A stretch of 64,000 nt of DNA, taken from the NCBI GenBank assembly GCA_964242815.1, contig CAXSZV010000014.1, positions 4,994 to 68,993 of the forward strand, read 5' to 3'. Made by a program: the position numbers and the translations under genes. The number at the start of each line of letters is the position of its first letter. Positions within the stretch are counted from its first letter, which is position 1. Below are positions 42,996 to 52,306 of the stretch, in pieces. Source of the DNA: an uncultured Novosphingobium sp. (GTDB taxonomy: Bacteria > Pseudomonadota > Alphaproteobacteria > Sphingomonadales > Sphingomonadaceae). A model generated the notes under the pieces. It was not told the DNA's origin, did not search any database, and saw nothing but the letters and a program-made list of their open reading frames with translations.

Positions 42996-43985
42996 ATGAC
43001 CGCGACAGAGGCGGCACACCTACGCGCGAAGGTCGGGGTGATGATTTCGGGGACGGGTTCGAACATGGCGGCGCTGCTCTATGCCAGCCGTTCGCCAGCT
43101 TGTCCCTATGAGATCGTGCTGGTCGCAAGCAATGCGCCCGCGGCGCCGGGGCTCGTCCTGGCGGCGGCCGAGGGCATCGCGACGTTCGCGCTGCCGCACG
43201 CCGGGATGGCGCGCGCCGATCACGACGCGGCGATCGATGCGGCGCTGCGCGGCGCGGGCGTCGAGGTCGTCGCGCTCGCCGGATATATGCGCGTGCTGAC
43301 CGAAGGCTTCGTCGCGCGCTGGCAAGGGCGGATGCTCAACATCCACCCCTCGCTGCTGCCGCTGTACAAGGGACTGCACACGCACGAGCGCGCGCTGGCC
43401 AACGGCGATGCCCATGCGGGCTGTTCGGTGCATATCGTCACCCCGACGCTCGACGATGGGCCGGTGCTCGGCCAGACGCGTGTCGCGGTGATCGCCGGCG
43501 ATACGCCCGCGAGCCTCGCCGCGCGCGTGCTGATCGCCGAGCATCAGCTCTATGCGCCGTGCCTCGCCGCCTTCGTTTCGCGCACCGTCGATCCCCAGTA
43601 CCTGACCGGGCAGGTCCGCGCGTTGGCGCTGGCTCAGCCGCAGGCCGAGGAGACACTGTCGCACGGCATGGCCTGCTTTGGCATCGGCGCCGGCACCGGC
43701 AAGACCAAGGGCAAGAAGTTCGCCTGGGTCAGCAACGATCACCATGGGGACGGCCGCGTCGCGCTGCTCGCCAAGATTAGCGGTATGGACGAGCGGGCGA
43801 TGCTGATCGAACGCGATCCGGAACGCTATTATCGCCCGGCCTACTTCAGCGACGGCTGGATTGCGATGCGATTGGATCTAGGTGACAACGATTGGGATGA
43901 GATCGGCGCGTGGATCGCGCGCAGCTGGCGCATGGTTGCACCGGCGAAGCTCACGCGGCTGCTCGATGCGGCGAACGAGTTCTGA
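42996..43985 (+). CDS. purN: Phosphoribosylglycinamide formyltransferase fused to a C-terminal MmcQ/YjbR-like domain
   Basis: ISGTGSNM, LAGYMR, LNIHPSLLP, GCSVH, LDDGP; then about 120 aa with EETLSHG..F, YYRPAY..GWIAMRLD, DWDEI..SWR. Confidence 0.93.
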   Translation: MTATEAAHLRAKVGVMISGTGSNMAALLYASRSPACPYEIVLVASNAPAAPGLVLAAAEGIATFALPHAGMARADHDAAIDAALRGAGVEVVALAGYMRVLTEGFVARWQGRMLNIHPSLLPLYKGLHTHERALANGDAHAGCSVHIVTPTLDDGPVLGQTRVAVIAGDTPASLAARVLIAEHQLYAPCLAAFVSRTVDPQYLTGQVRALALAQPQAEETLSHGMACFGIGAGTGKTKGKKFAWVSNDHHGDGRVALLAKISGMDERAMLIERDPERYYRPAYFSDGWIAMRLDLGDNDWDEIGAWIARSWRMVAPAKLTRLLDAANEF

Positions 43986-44023
43986 CACTCGCCCGGAAGC
44001 CCCGATCACGCTATGTTCCGCGG

Positions 44024-45154
44024 ATGAGCGACGCCCCGTCCACTATCGGTGGTCATGATCCGGAGGAAGACGATACGCCGCCGCGCAAGATCATCCATGT
44101 CGACATGGATGCCTTCTTCGCCAGCGTCGAGCAGCGCGACGATCCGTCGATCCGGGGCAAGCCGGTCGCGGTCGGCGGATCGGCGGCGCGCGGCGTGGTC
44201 GCGGCGGCGAGCTATGAGGCGCGCGCGTTCGGCGTGCGATCGGCGATGCCCTCGGTCCGCGCCGCGCGGCTGTGCCCGGGGCTGATCTTCCGCAAGTCGC
44301 GCTTCGACGTCTATCGCGAGGTGTCGCAGCAGATCCGCGAAATCTTCGGCGAGTTCACCGAGCTGGTCGAGCCGCTGTCGCTCGACGAGGCTTATCTTGA
44401 TGTCACGCACGACCGCCAGGGGATCGGCTCGGCGGTGCGCATCGCGCGACTGATCCGCAGCCGGATCGCCGCGCGGACCGGGCTGACGGCGAGCGCGGGC
44501 GTTTCGTACAACAAGCTGCTGGCCAAGCTTGCCAGCGATCACAACAAGCCTGATGGGCTTTGCGTGATCCGGCCCGGCGAAGGCGAGGCGTTCGTCGCGA
44601 CGCTGCCCGTCCGCCGCATCCACGGCGTCGGCCCGCGCGGCGCGGAGAAGATGGCGCGACTGGGCATCGCGACCGGAGCGGACCTTGCCGGCCGCGACAT
44701 CGCGTTTTTGCGCGCGAACTTCGGCAGTTTCGCCGAATACCTGCACCGCGCGGCGCGCGGGGTGGACCTGCGCCAGGTGCGCGCGAGCCGCCAGCGCAAG
44801 TCGGTCGGCGGCGAGCGGACATTCGACCGCGACATCGCCGCGCCCGCCGAGCTCTATGACGCGCTCGACCGGATCGTCGACATCGTCTGGGAAAGGATCG
44901 CGCACAACGGCGCGCGCGGGCGGACGGTGACGCTGAAGTACAAGCACATCGACTTCACCATCCACAGCCGCGCCCGATCGCTGCCCCGCCCGGTGGCGGA
45001 CAAGGCCGAGTTCGCCGCGATCGGCCAGGCGCTGCTCGCCTCGGTGCTGCCGCTGGCGCAGCCGGTGCGGCTGATCGGGCTGACGTTGTCGGCGTTGCAA
45101 AGCGAGCCGGATGCGGACGCGCCACCGCCAGACCGGCAACTTGCGTTGCTATGA
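44024..45154 (+). CDS. dinB: DNA polymerase IV
   Basis: IIHVDMDAFFASVEQRDDP, SYEARAFGVRSAM, SLDEAYLD, NKLLAK. Confidence 0.97.
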   Translation: MSDAPSTIGGHDPEEDDTPPRKIIHVDMDAFFASVEQRDDPSIRGKPVAVGGSAARGVVAAASYEARAFGVRSAMPSVRAARLCPGLIFRKSRFDVYREVSQQIREIFGEFTELVEPLSLDEAYLDVTHDRQGIGSAVRIARLIRSRIAARTGLTASAGVSYNKLLAKLASDHNKPDGLCVIRPGEGEAFVATLPVRRIHGVGPRGAEKMARLGIATGADLAGRDIAFLRANFGSFAEYLHRAARGVDLRQVRASRQRKSVGGERTFDRDIAAPAELYDALDRIVDIVWERIAHNGARGRTVTLKYKHIDFTIHSRARSLPRPVADKAEFAAIGQALLASVLPLAQPVRLIGLTLSALQSEPDADAPPPDRQLALL

Positions 45155-45164
45155 GCGGACTGCA

Positions 45165-45656
45165 CTATAAGCCGACTACCCGCTCCGCTGCATAAGCCGC
45201 CACCAATCGATCGAGCCTGTCGCACAAGCTCGGACTAACTCCCTGTGGCAGCGCATCGCGCGCGAAGAACGCCGCCGCGACGATCTCACGCCGATCGATC
45301 GTCACCGGTCCCGACGCGCGGCCGACGACGGCGAAGTGCCGCCGACCCGTTGCTTGGGGGCGGCCGAGCTCGATCGCGTCGCGCAACACGCACCCCGTCT
45401 CCTCGCGCAGCTCGCGCGTCGCGGTCGCGACCGGGTCTTCGCCCTGCTCCGCGCCGCCGCCGGGCAGCGTCCAGCGGCCGTGGCCGTAGCTGTGCCGGAC
45501 GAGCAGCACGCGGCCGGCTTCGTCGAGCGCGACGACGCGGCAATCGTCGGGCAGCCAGCCCCGCGCGCGCCACCAGACCACTCGTACCCGGTGGGCGAGG
45601 TTGAGCGCCAAACGGTGCAGCGGCGCAGGTAGCGCATCGATCAGCCGATGCGCCAC
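45165..45656 (-). CDS. NUDIX hydrolase
   Basis: Nudix box GGGAEQGEDPVATATRELREETG. Confidence 0.92.
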   Translation of the reverse strand: MAHRLIDALPAPLHRLALNLAHRVRVVWWRARGWLPDDCRVVALDEAGRVLLVRHSYGHGRWTLPGGGAEQGEDPVATATRELREETGCVLRDAIELGRPQATGRRHFAVVGRASGPVTIDRREIVAAAFFARDALPQGVSPSLCDRLDRLVAAYAAERVVGL

Positions 45657-45660
45657 GTGC

Positions 45661-46284
45661 TCAAACGAAGCACGTCACCGGCTGGCGCGCCGCCGCCAGC
45701 ACCCGCGCGACCGGCAGGTCGTTCTCGCCGCGCGCCGCCGCTTCGAATAGCGCGCGCTTGTCCGCGCCGCGGATTACGAACAGCAGCGCGTCGCTGTCCA
45801 CCAGCGCCGGGATCGTCATCGACAGACGGTCATAGGGCGCTTCGGGCGGCAGCGGATCGGGGGTGATCCGGCACACGTACCGCGCGTCGTCGGCGCGCGG
45901 ATCGGTGTTGGGAAACAGCGAGGCGACGTGTCCGTCATCGCCCATGCCGAGCCAGGCGAAGGCGAAATGCGGCGGGTGGGCGTCCTCGCGCAACGGGACG
46001 ATCCGCGCACCAACGGGCTCGAGCGTCGCGCGGATACGGCCGACGTTGCTCGCAGGGTCGCTTTCGGGAACGACCCGGTCGTCGCCCGGCCAGACCGCGA
46101 TGCGCGGCCAGTCAAGCGGCAGCTTGGCGAGCTCGGCGAATATCGGAAACGGCGTCGATCCGCCCGGCACGCTGATCGCCACCTCGCCGCCGCCCGCCAG
46201 CGCGGTGGTCAGGCGTTCATGCAACCAGGCTGCGATATCTCCATCGCTTGCGCCTTCGACGATACGCGGGGGTACATCCGCCAT
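45661..46284 (-). CDS. pgl: 6-phosphogluconolactonase
   Basis: VPGGSTP, DDRVV, SNVG, LGMGDDGHVASLFP, RLSMT. Confidence 0.92.
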   Translation of the reverse strand: MADVPPRIVEGASDGDIAAWLHERLTTALAGGGEVAISVPGGSTPFPIFAELAKLPLDWPRIAVWPGDDRVVPESDPASNVGRIRATLEPVGARIVPLREDAHPPHFAFAWLGMGDDGHVASLFPNTDPRADDARYVCRITPDPLPPEAPYDRLSMTIPALVDSDALLFVIRGADKRALFEAAARGENDLPVARVLAAARQPVTCFV

Positions 46285-46324
46285 AGCCAGCTCTTAGTAG
46301 ATTACGCCACGACATCGCTTGAAG

Positions 46325-47089
46325 TCACGCGGCGACCGCGTCAAGCTCGCGCATCACGCGCAGCGATCCGCCGCCATAGAGGTAGTCGGGGGTGAACGTC
46401 GCGAACCGTTCAAGATCGGCACGATCTGGGATCGACACGCGCCCCCGCGCGATCTCCACCAGGCCGCGTTCGCGCAGCGTCCGCACCACGCGGTTGATGT
46501 GCACCGCGGTCGTGCCGCAAGCGTCGGCAAGGTCGGCCTGCATCAGCGGCATGTGGAACCCGTGCGCGTCGGACAGTTCGACGAACGCCAGCCGATGCCA
46601 GAGCTCGACGATGATGTGCGCCAGCCGCTGATCCGCCTTCAGCTCCTCCATCTTGAGGATCCATTCACGGTGGATCGCCGCGTCGAGCAGGGTCGAGAAC
46701 CACAGCAGCCGCGTCAGGTGCGGGTTCTGCTCCATCAGCCGCTCTAGCCGATGGTGCGGCACGATGCCGACCCGGACCGGGCCGATCGCGACGACATCGT
46801 GATCGAGCCGCTTGAGCGCGAAACCATGCAGATCGACGAAATCGCCGGGCACTTGCAGCCCGACGATATGGCGGTTGCCGCCATCGTTGATCACGCGCGC
46901 GATGAACCCGTCGAGCAGCAGCGTGCTGTTATGGACGAGCGCGCCACGTTCGAGCACGACGTGACCGTCGGGCACACGCTCGGTCCGATCGATCAGGCCT
47001 TCGAGCATGTCCTTTTCAAGCGGCGTCAGCGCATGGCGCAGCCGGCCTTTGAGGAACATATGCGTCAAGGGATAGGACTTCACCGGCAT
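46325..47089 (-). CDS. Crp/Fnr-family transcriptional regulator
   Basis: cNMP-like domain (PGDFVDL), C-terminal HTH QADLADACGTTAVHINR. Confidence 0.92.
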   Translation of the reverse strand: MPVKSYPLTHMFLKGRLRHALTPLEKDMLEGLIDRTERVPDGHVVLERGALVHNSTLLLDGFIARVINDGGNRHIVGLQVPGDFVDLHGFALKRLDHDVVAIGPVRVGIVPHHRLERLMEQNPHLTRLLWFSTLLDAAIHREWILKMEELKADQRLAHIIVELWHRLAFVELSDAHGFHMPLMQADLADACGTTAVHINRVVRTLRERGLVEIARGRVSIPDRADLERFATFTPDYLYGGGSLRVMRELDAVAA

Positions 47090-47323
47090 CGGCCCACCTG
47101 CAATCACGGTCGATCCGCGGATCTATCGGTATAACATCGCGTCCGATCGCGGAACCGCCGAGCGGCCCGGCGTTCACCACACCTTCCCGATTAGGGACGA
47201 TCGCCCGGGCGTGTCTTGCAAGGATAATCCGTTTGCAAACGATGCTTCGTAATCGCGGTGTAATCGTTCTTCATGCAGATGCGCGAATCGGCGGGTAATT
47301 GTCTTCCGCCCATGCGGAAATGA

Positions 47324-47599
47324 GTGATGGTGATGGCGATATACGGCGAATGCATATCCAGCGCGGCGCGGGCGCCGGTGACGATATCGCGGCTCGACCG
47401 CGATGGCTGCGAGATCGTGGTCGGCCGATCGGATAGGGCGCGCAGCCTCGGCGCGGAGCCCGACCTCGCGCTGTGGATCGGCGCGATCGGGCCGTTGCCG
47501 ATCACCGCGCAAGCCGAGCGCGCGCGCCACGGCAGCCGGCTGACCGCGCGCTTCACCCAGCCGCTCGAGCCCGCAATCCTCGCGCATTTCAGCGCATGA
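47324..47599 (+). CDS. Small hypothetical protein, possible PilZ-like fold
   Basis: RLDRDGCEI resembles the PilZ D/NxSxxG strand; C-terminal RF.QPL..AIL.H; good codon usage; upstream of ku. Confidence 0.5.
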   Translation: MMVMAIYGECISSAARAPVTISRLDRDGCEIVVGRSDRARSLGAEPDLALWIGAIGPLPITAQAERARHGSRLTARFTQPLEPAILAHFSA

Positions 47600-47622
47600 G
47601 CAGCGCGTGACCACGGGGATAC

Positions 47623-47647
47623 GAAACCTGGAACCAATGCGCGCGTC
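47623..47647 (+). promoter_or_regulatory. Possible ECF (sigma-EcfG-type) promoter for ku-ligD
   Basis: GAAAC-N16-CGTC versus consensus GGAAC-N16/17-CGTT, 35 nt before the ku ATG; two mismatches. Confidence 0.35.
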
Positions 47648-47682
47648 GTGACATAAGAGTCGGCGAAACGAGGGATCGGCCG

Positions 47683-48618
47683 ATGGCGGCGCGTGCATAT
47701 TGGCAGGGACAGATCAGGCTGGCGCTCGTCTCGATCCCGGTCGAGGTCTATCCGGCGACCAAGTCCGGCCCGGCGATCGCCTTCCACCAGATCCATGAGC
47801 CGAGCGGCCAGCGCATCAAGTACGAAAAGACCGCGCCCGGCATCGGCGCGGTGCCGAACGAGGAAATCGCCAAGGGCTTCGAGATTTCCAAGGGCAACTA
47901 TGTGCTGCTCGAGGACAAGGAGATCGACGCGGTCAAGATCGAGAGCCGCAAGACACTGGAGCTCGTACAGTTCGTCGACAGCCATGAGATCGACGTGTTC
48001 TACTTCGACAAGCCCTATTTCGTCGTGCCCGCCGACGACCTGGCCGAGGAGGCCTATATCGTGCTGCGCGAGGCGCTGCGCGCGGCGCACAAGGTCGCGA
48101 TCGGCCAGCTCTCGGTGCGGGGACGCGAGCAGCTCGTCAGCCTCAAACCCTGCGGGCGCGGCATCGTCATGGAGGTGCTGCGCTATGCCGACGAAGTGCG
48201 CCGCGCGCAGACCTATTTCAATGAGATCGCCGAGGCCAAGCCCGACGAGGAACTGCTCGACCTCGCCACCACGCTGATCGACAAGAAGGCCGCGCCGTTC
48301 AAGCCCGACGTGTTCCACGATCGCTATGTCGATGCGCTGCGCGCGCTGATCGACAAGAAGAGCAAGGCCAAGGGCAAGACGCTGATCGAGGATCCCGACG
48401 ATGCGCCCGCCGCGCGCGGCGGCAACGTGATCGATCTGATGGCGGCGCTCAAGAAATCGGTGGGCGGCGGCGCGAAGGCCGCCTCGGACGATGGTGCGAG
48501 CGCAAAGAGTCCAGCCGCGAAAAAGCCGGCTGCGAGAAAGGCGACCCCCAAAAAGCCCGCGACGGTTAAGACCGATGATGATGCGCCGGCGCCGGCGCGC
48601 ACGCGCAAGCGCGCCTGA
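47683..48618 (+). CDS. ku: NHEJ Ku protein
   Basis: RAYWQGQIRLALVSIPV, KGFE, FDKPYF, DLMAALKKS, Lys/Ala-rich tail. Confidence 0.97.
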   Translation: MAARAYWQGQIRLALVSIPVEVYPATKSGPAIAFHQIHEPSGQRIKYEKTAPGIGAVPNEEIAKGFEISKGNYVLLEDKEIDAVKIESRKTLELVQFVDSHEIDVFYFDKPYFVVPADDLAEEAYIVLREALRAAHKVAIGQLSVRGREQLVSLKPCGRGIVMEVLRYADEVRRAQTYFNEIAEAKPDEELLDLATTLIDKKAAPFKPDVFHDRYVDALRALIDKKSKAKGKTLIEDPDDAPAARGGNVIDLMAALKKSVGGGAKAASDDGASAKSPAAKKPAARKATPKKPATVKTDDDAPAPARTRKRA

Positions 48619-48620
48619 CC

Positions 48621-51317
48621 GTGGCGCGCGGCAGGCCCAAGGTATCGCCAGCCGCGCCCGACCCCTCCGGCGACCCGCTCGCCGAATACAACCGCAAGCG
48701 CGATTTCGCCAAGACGCCCGAGCCCGCGGGCACGCGCGCGCGCAGCGACACCGGCAACCGCTTCATCGTGCAGAAGCATGCGGCGACACGGCTGCACTGG
48801 GATTTTCGCCTCGAGGTCGACGGCGTGCTCAAGAGCTGGGCGGTGACGCGCGGCCCCAGCCCCGACCCGGCCGACAAGCGCCTGGCGGTGCGCACCGAGG
48901 ACCACCCGCTCGCCTATGCCAACTTCGAGGGCATCATCGCCAAGGGCGAATACGGCGGCGGATCGGTGATGCTGTGGGACCAGGGCACCTGGGCGCCGAT
49001 CGCGGGCAAGAGCGCGAAAGATATCGACGCTGGGCACCTGCACTTCACGCTCGACGGCGAGCGGATGAAGGGCGAGTGGATCCTGATCCGCCTGAAGCCG
49101 CGCCCGGGCGAGAAGCGCGAAAACTGGCTGCTGCGCAAGGTCGCCGATCAGCACGCGCAGGAAGGCGACCAGCTCGTCGAGCACGGGCTGACCAGCGTGC
49201 TGACCGGGCGCAGCATGGCGCAGATCGCCGGCGACGAGGCGGGCGAGGTGTCGCTGAAGGGCAAGCGAGGCCAAGCCTTCGCCAAGGAGATGGACGCGGC
49301 GGCCGAGCATAACGCGGAGCTTGGCGCCCCCTCCACCACCGCTACGCGGCGGTCCCCCTCTCCCGGAGGGGGAGGATTGAAGAAGCGCGCGAAACCCCAT
49401 CCTCCCCCGCCGGGGGAGGGGGACCGGTCGAAGACCGGTGGAGGGGGATTTCGCGCGACGGCGCCCCCCTTCCAACCCCCCCAGCTCGCGACGCTGGTCG
49501 ATGCGGTGCCCACCGGCAACGGCTGGATGCACGAGATCAAGTTCGACGGCTATCGCGCGCTGATCGCCGCGTCGGGCGACGAGGTGCGCGTCTACACGCG
49601 CAACGGGCATGACTGGACCGAAAAGTTCGCGCCGCTGGTGCGCGCGCTCGCCGCGCTCGACCTGCCGCCGTGCCTGATCGACGGTGAGATCGTCGCCTAT
49701 GGCGCGGACGGCAACCCCGACTTCTCGTCGCTACAGAACGTGCTGAAGCGCGGACACGGATCGCAGACCGACGCCGACGCGCTGACGCTGCACGCGTTCG
49801 ACCTGCTGACGCTCGACGGCGAGGACCTGACGCCGCGCGGCAATATCGAGCGCAAGGAAGTGCTCGAACGCCTGCTCGAGCACGCCGCACCGCCGATCCA
49901 TGTCGCCGACTACGTGATCGGCGCGGGCGAGAAACTGTTCGCCGCGATGTGCGCGGCGGGGCAGGAAGGCATCATCTCGAAAGTGATCGACGCGGCTTAT
50001 GCGGGCCGGCGGACGAAGAACTGGGTCAAGGTCAAGTGCACGAACCGGCAGGAGTTCGTGATCGTCGGGTATAGCAAAAGCTCGACCAAGGCCCGGCCGT
50101 TCGCGTCGCTGCTGCTCGCGCAGCATGAAGCCGATGGAAACGGAAAAACCGCGCTGGTCTACAAGGGCAAGGTCGGCACCGGTTTCGACAGCGCGACGCT
50201 CGATACGGTCGCGGCGGCGCTGGCGAAGCACGCGCGCGACGACGCGCCGCTCGAGGTGCCGCGCGTCGAGGCGCGCGGCGCGCGCTGGGTCGAGCCCAAG
50301 CTGGTCGCCGAAGTCGCGTTCGCCGAGTTCACCGGCGACGGCCGCGTGCGCCATGCAAGCTTCGTCGGGCTGCGCGCGGACAAGCCGGCGAAGGCGGTTC
50401 GGCCCGAACGCGCCGAACCCGCTCCCAAAGCGTCCAAAGCACAGGCTACACCGACGCCGCTGGTCGCGATCAGCAACCGCGATCGCGTGATCGATCCCGA
50501 CAGCGGGCGCACCAAGGGCGAGCTAGCCGACTATTACCAGGCCATCGCGCCGCTGCTGCTACAGACCGCCGCCAACCGCCCGTTGAGCCTGGTTCGCTGT
50601 CCGCAAGGCCGCGCCAAGAAATGCTTCTTCCAGAAGCACGATAGCGGGGCGATCGGCGACCATGTACGGCACGTTCCGGTCGCCGAAAAGGATGGCGGCA
50701 CGGAGGATTACCTGTGGGTCGACGACGCCATGGGGCTGTTGCAGTGCGTGCAGATGGGGACGATCGAGTTCCACGGCTGGGGCGCGCCGGCGAGCGCGGT
50801 CGAGCGGCCCGACCGCATGGTGTTCGACCTCGATCCCGACGAAGGCCTCGACTTCGCCGACGTCCGTTCGGCGGCGGTGCATATCCGCGACCGGCTCACC
50901 GAGATCGGGCTCACGAGCTTCGCGATGCTGTCGGGCGGCAAGGGCGTGCACGTCGTCGTGCCGCTGCAGCCGGGTCATGACTGGGAGACGCACAAGGATT
51001 TCTCGCGCCGCTTCTCGGAGGCGCTGTCGGCGGCGGAACCCGAGCGTTTCGTCGCGACGATGAGCAAGGCGAAGCGCGTCGGCCGCATCTTCATCGACTG
51101 GCTGCGCAACCAGCGCGGCGCAACCGCGGTGATGCCCTATTCGGCACGCAGTCGGACGGGCACGCCGGTCGCGCTGCCGATCGCCTGGGGCGAGCTCGAA
51201 GGCATGGCCGACGCGCACCCGTTCACCATCCTCGACAGAGACGCTCTGATCGAACGAGCGGGTGCGAAGGCCCTAGCGGGCTGGGGCGTGGCGGATCAGG
51301 CGTTGCCGGCGCTCTGA
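48621..51317 (+). CDS. ligD: NHEJ DNA ligase D (phosphoesterase-ligase-polymerase)
   Basis: QKHAATRLHWDFRLE, HEIKFDGYR, EGIISK, WVKVK, FDLDPD, SGGKGVHV, IFIDWLRN. Confidence 0.97.
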   Translation: MARGRPKVSPAAPDPSGDPLAEYNRKRDFAKTPEPAGTRARSDTGNRFIVQKHAATRLHWDFRLEVDGVLKSWAVTRGPSPDPADKRLAVRTEDHPLAYANFEGIIAKGEYGGGSVMLWDQGTWAPIAGKSAKDIDAGHLHFTLDGERMKGEWILIRLKPRPGEKRENWLLRKVADQHAQEGDQLVEHGLTSVLTGRSMAQIAGDEAGEVSLKGKRGQAFAKEMDAAAEHNAELGAPSTTATRRSPSPGGGGLKKRAKPHPPPPGEGDRSKTGGGGFRATAPPFQPPQLATLVDAVPTGNGWMHEIKFDGYRALIAASGDEVRVYTRNGHDWTEKFAPLVRALAALDLPPCLIDGEIVAYGADGNPDFSSLQNVLKRGHGSQTDADALTLHAFDLLTLDGEDLTPRGNIERKEVLERLLEHAAPPIHVADYVIGAGEKLFAAMCAAGQEGIISKVIDAAYAGRRTKNWVKVKCTNRQEFVIVGYSKSSTKARPFASLLLAQHEADGNGKTALVYKGKVGTGFDSATLDTVAAALAKHARDDAPLEVPRVEARGARWVEPKLVAEVAFAEFTGDGRVRHASFVGLRADKPAKAVRPERAEPAPKASKAQATPTPLVAISNRDRVIDPDSGRTKGELADYYQAIAPLLLQTAANRPLSLVRCPQGRAKKCFFQKHDSGAIGDHVRHVPVAEKDGGTEDYLWVDDAMGLLQCVQMGTIEFHGWGAPASAVERPDRMVFDLDPDEGLDFADVRSAAVHIRDRLTEIGLTSFAMLSGGKGVHVVVPLQPGHDWETHKDFSRRFSEALSAAEPERFVATMSKAKRVGRIFIDWLRNQRGATAVMPYSARSRTGTPVALPIAWGELEGMADAHPFTILDRDALIERAGAKALAGWGVADQALPAL
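49327..49447. repeat. Two-arm family-A palindromic element inserted in frame in ligD
   Basis: Arm cccctccaccaccgctacgcggcggtccccctctcccggagggggaggat is inverted relative to atcctcccccgccgggggagggggaccggtcgaagaccggtggaggggg. Translated as PSTTATRRSPSPGGGGLKKRAKPHPPPPGEGDRSKTGGGG. Confidence 0.88.
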
Positions 51318-51346
51318 CGACGCCGGCAAGACCACTCCGGGTGAGG

Positions 51347-51685
51347 TCAGCTATGTCCGGGCTTCAGCCCGACGCACTGCTTCCAGATGCCACCGACCGT
51401 GCCAAAAGCCTTGCGATATTCAATACGGCTCCCGGTTCCTTCCGGAAAAATCGTAAACGCAAGCGATACGCCGCCGTATCCGTTTTTCAACAAGACAACC
51501 TTAGACCCATCGTCCCGATCGAGAGCGCCCGTATTGTTTTTGTTGGCTAGGCAGAACGCGGTTTCCTTGGCGCTCTTATCCGAATGAAACGTTTCCGTTA
51601 CCGGCATACTAAGAACTTTGCTGGTCGATGCGCAGCCGCCCATCAGCAAAGCGCCGGTCAATACGATCGACGATGCCCTCTTCAT
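51347..51685 (-). CDS. Small lipoprotein of unknown function, lower GC
   Basis: Lipobox LMGGC, two further Cys; a sampled line is 48% GC. Confidence 0.8.
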   Translation of the reverse strand: MKRASSIVLTGALLMGGCASTSKVLSMPVTETFHSDKSAKETAFCLANKNNTGALDRDDGSKVVLLKNGYGGVSLAFTIFPEGTGSRIEYRKAFGTVGGIWKQCVGLKPGHS

Positions 51686-51745
51686 GATATATACCCCCTC
51701 TTGTATCGATCCGGTCCCCCGACCGGACTTTATTACTCGAAATTG

Positions 51746-52306
51746 TCAGATCGCGCCGATCGCCTGATCGACGAGCGTCTTGTCCGCCTCGGGCGTGTGC
51801 CCGTCCTTGATCAGGCGGCGGGCGGCGGTGGTGGCGACGGTGGCAGTGCGCGCGCGGATGTCGGCGATCGCGGCGCGTTCGGCGGCGGCGATCTTGTCCT
51901 GCGCCATGCGTTCGCGCCGGCCGATCACCGCGGTCGTGTCGGTCTGCGCCTTGGCGACGATCGCGTCGGCCTCGTGCCGCGCGTGATCGAGCATCGCCGC
52001 CGCGTCGCGTTCGGCATTGGCGATCTTGTCCGCGTATTCGCGGCGCAGCGCCTCGGCCTCGGCGCGCAGCGACTTCGCCTCGTCGAGCTGACGCTTGATC
52101 TCGGCGATCGACTTGTCGAGCCCGCCGGTGATGATGCCGGGCACCTTGCGCCAGATCATGACGACGATCAGCACCGCCATCGACGCGGCGACCCACGCGC
52201 CCGGGCCGATGCCGAACGCGGCCGGCTCGGTGGGTTCCACGCCATGCGCGGCGGCCCCATGAACGACATCGCCGGCGGCGGCGGCGAGCATGATCAGATC
52301 AAGCAT
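51746..52306 (-). CDS. atpF: F0F1 ATP synthase subunit b
   Basis: TM then LDKSIAEIKRQLDEAKSLRAEAE, KIAAAERAA. Confidence 0.93.
   Translation of the reverse strand: MLDLIMLAAAAGDVVHGAAAHGVEPTEPAAFGIGPGAWVAASMAVLIVVMIWRKVPGIITGGLDKSIAEIKRQLDEAKSLRAEAEALRREYADKIANAERDAAAMLDHARHEADAIVAKAQTDTTAVIGRRERMAQDKIAAAERAAIADIRARTATVATTAARRLIKDGHTPEADKTLVDQAIGAI

Noticed and set aside
47151-47174. sigma-EcfG promoter GGAAC-N15-CGTT as a firm feature
   Set aside because: The spacer is one base shorter than the usual 16-17, so it is mentioned only as supporting context.
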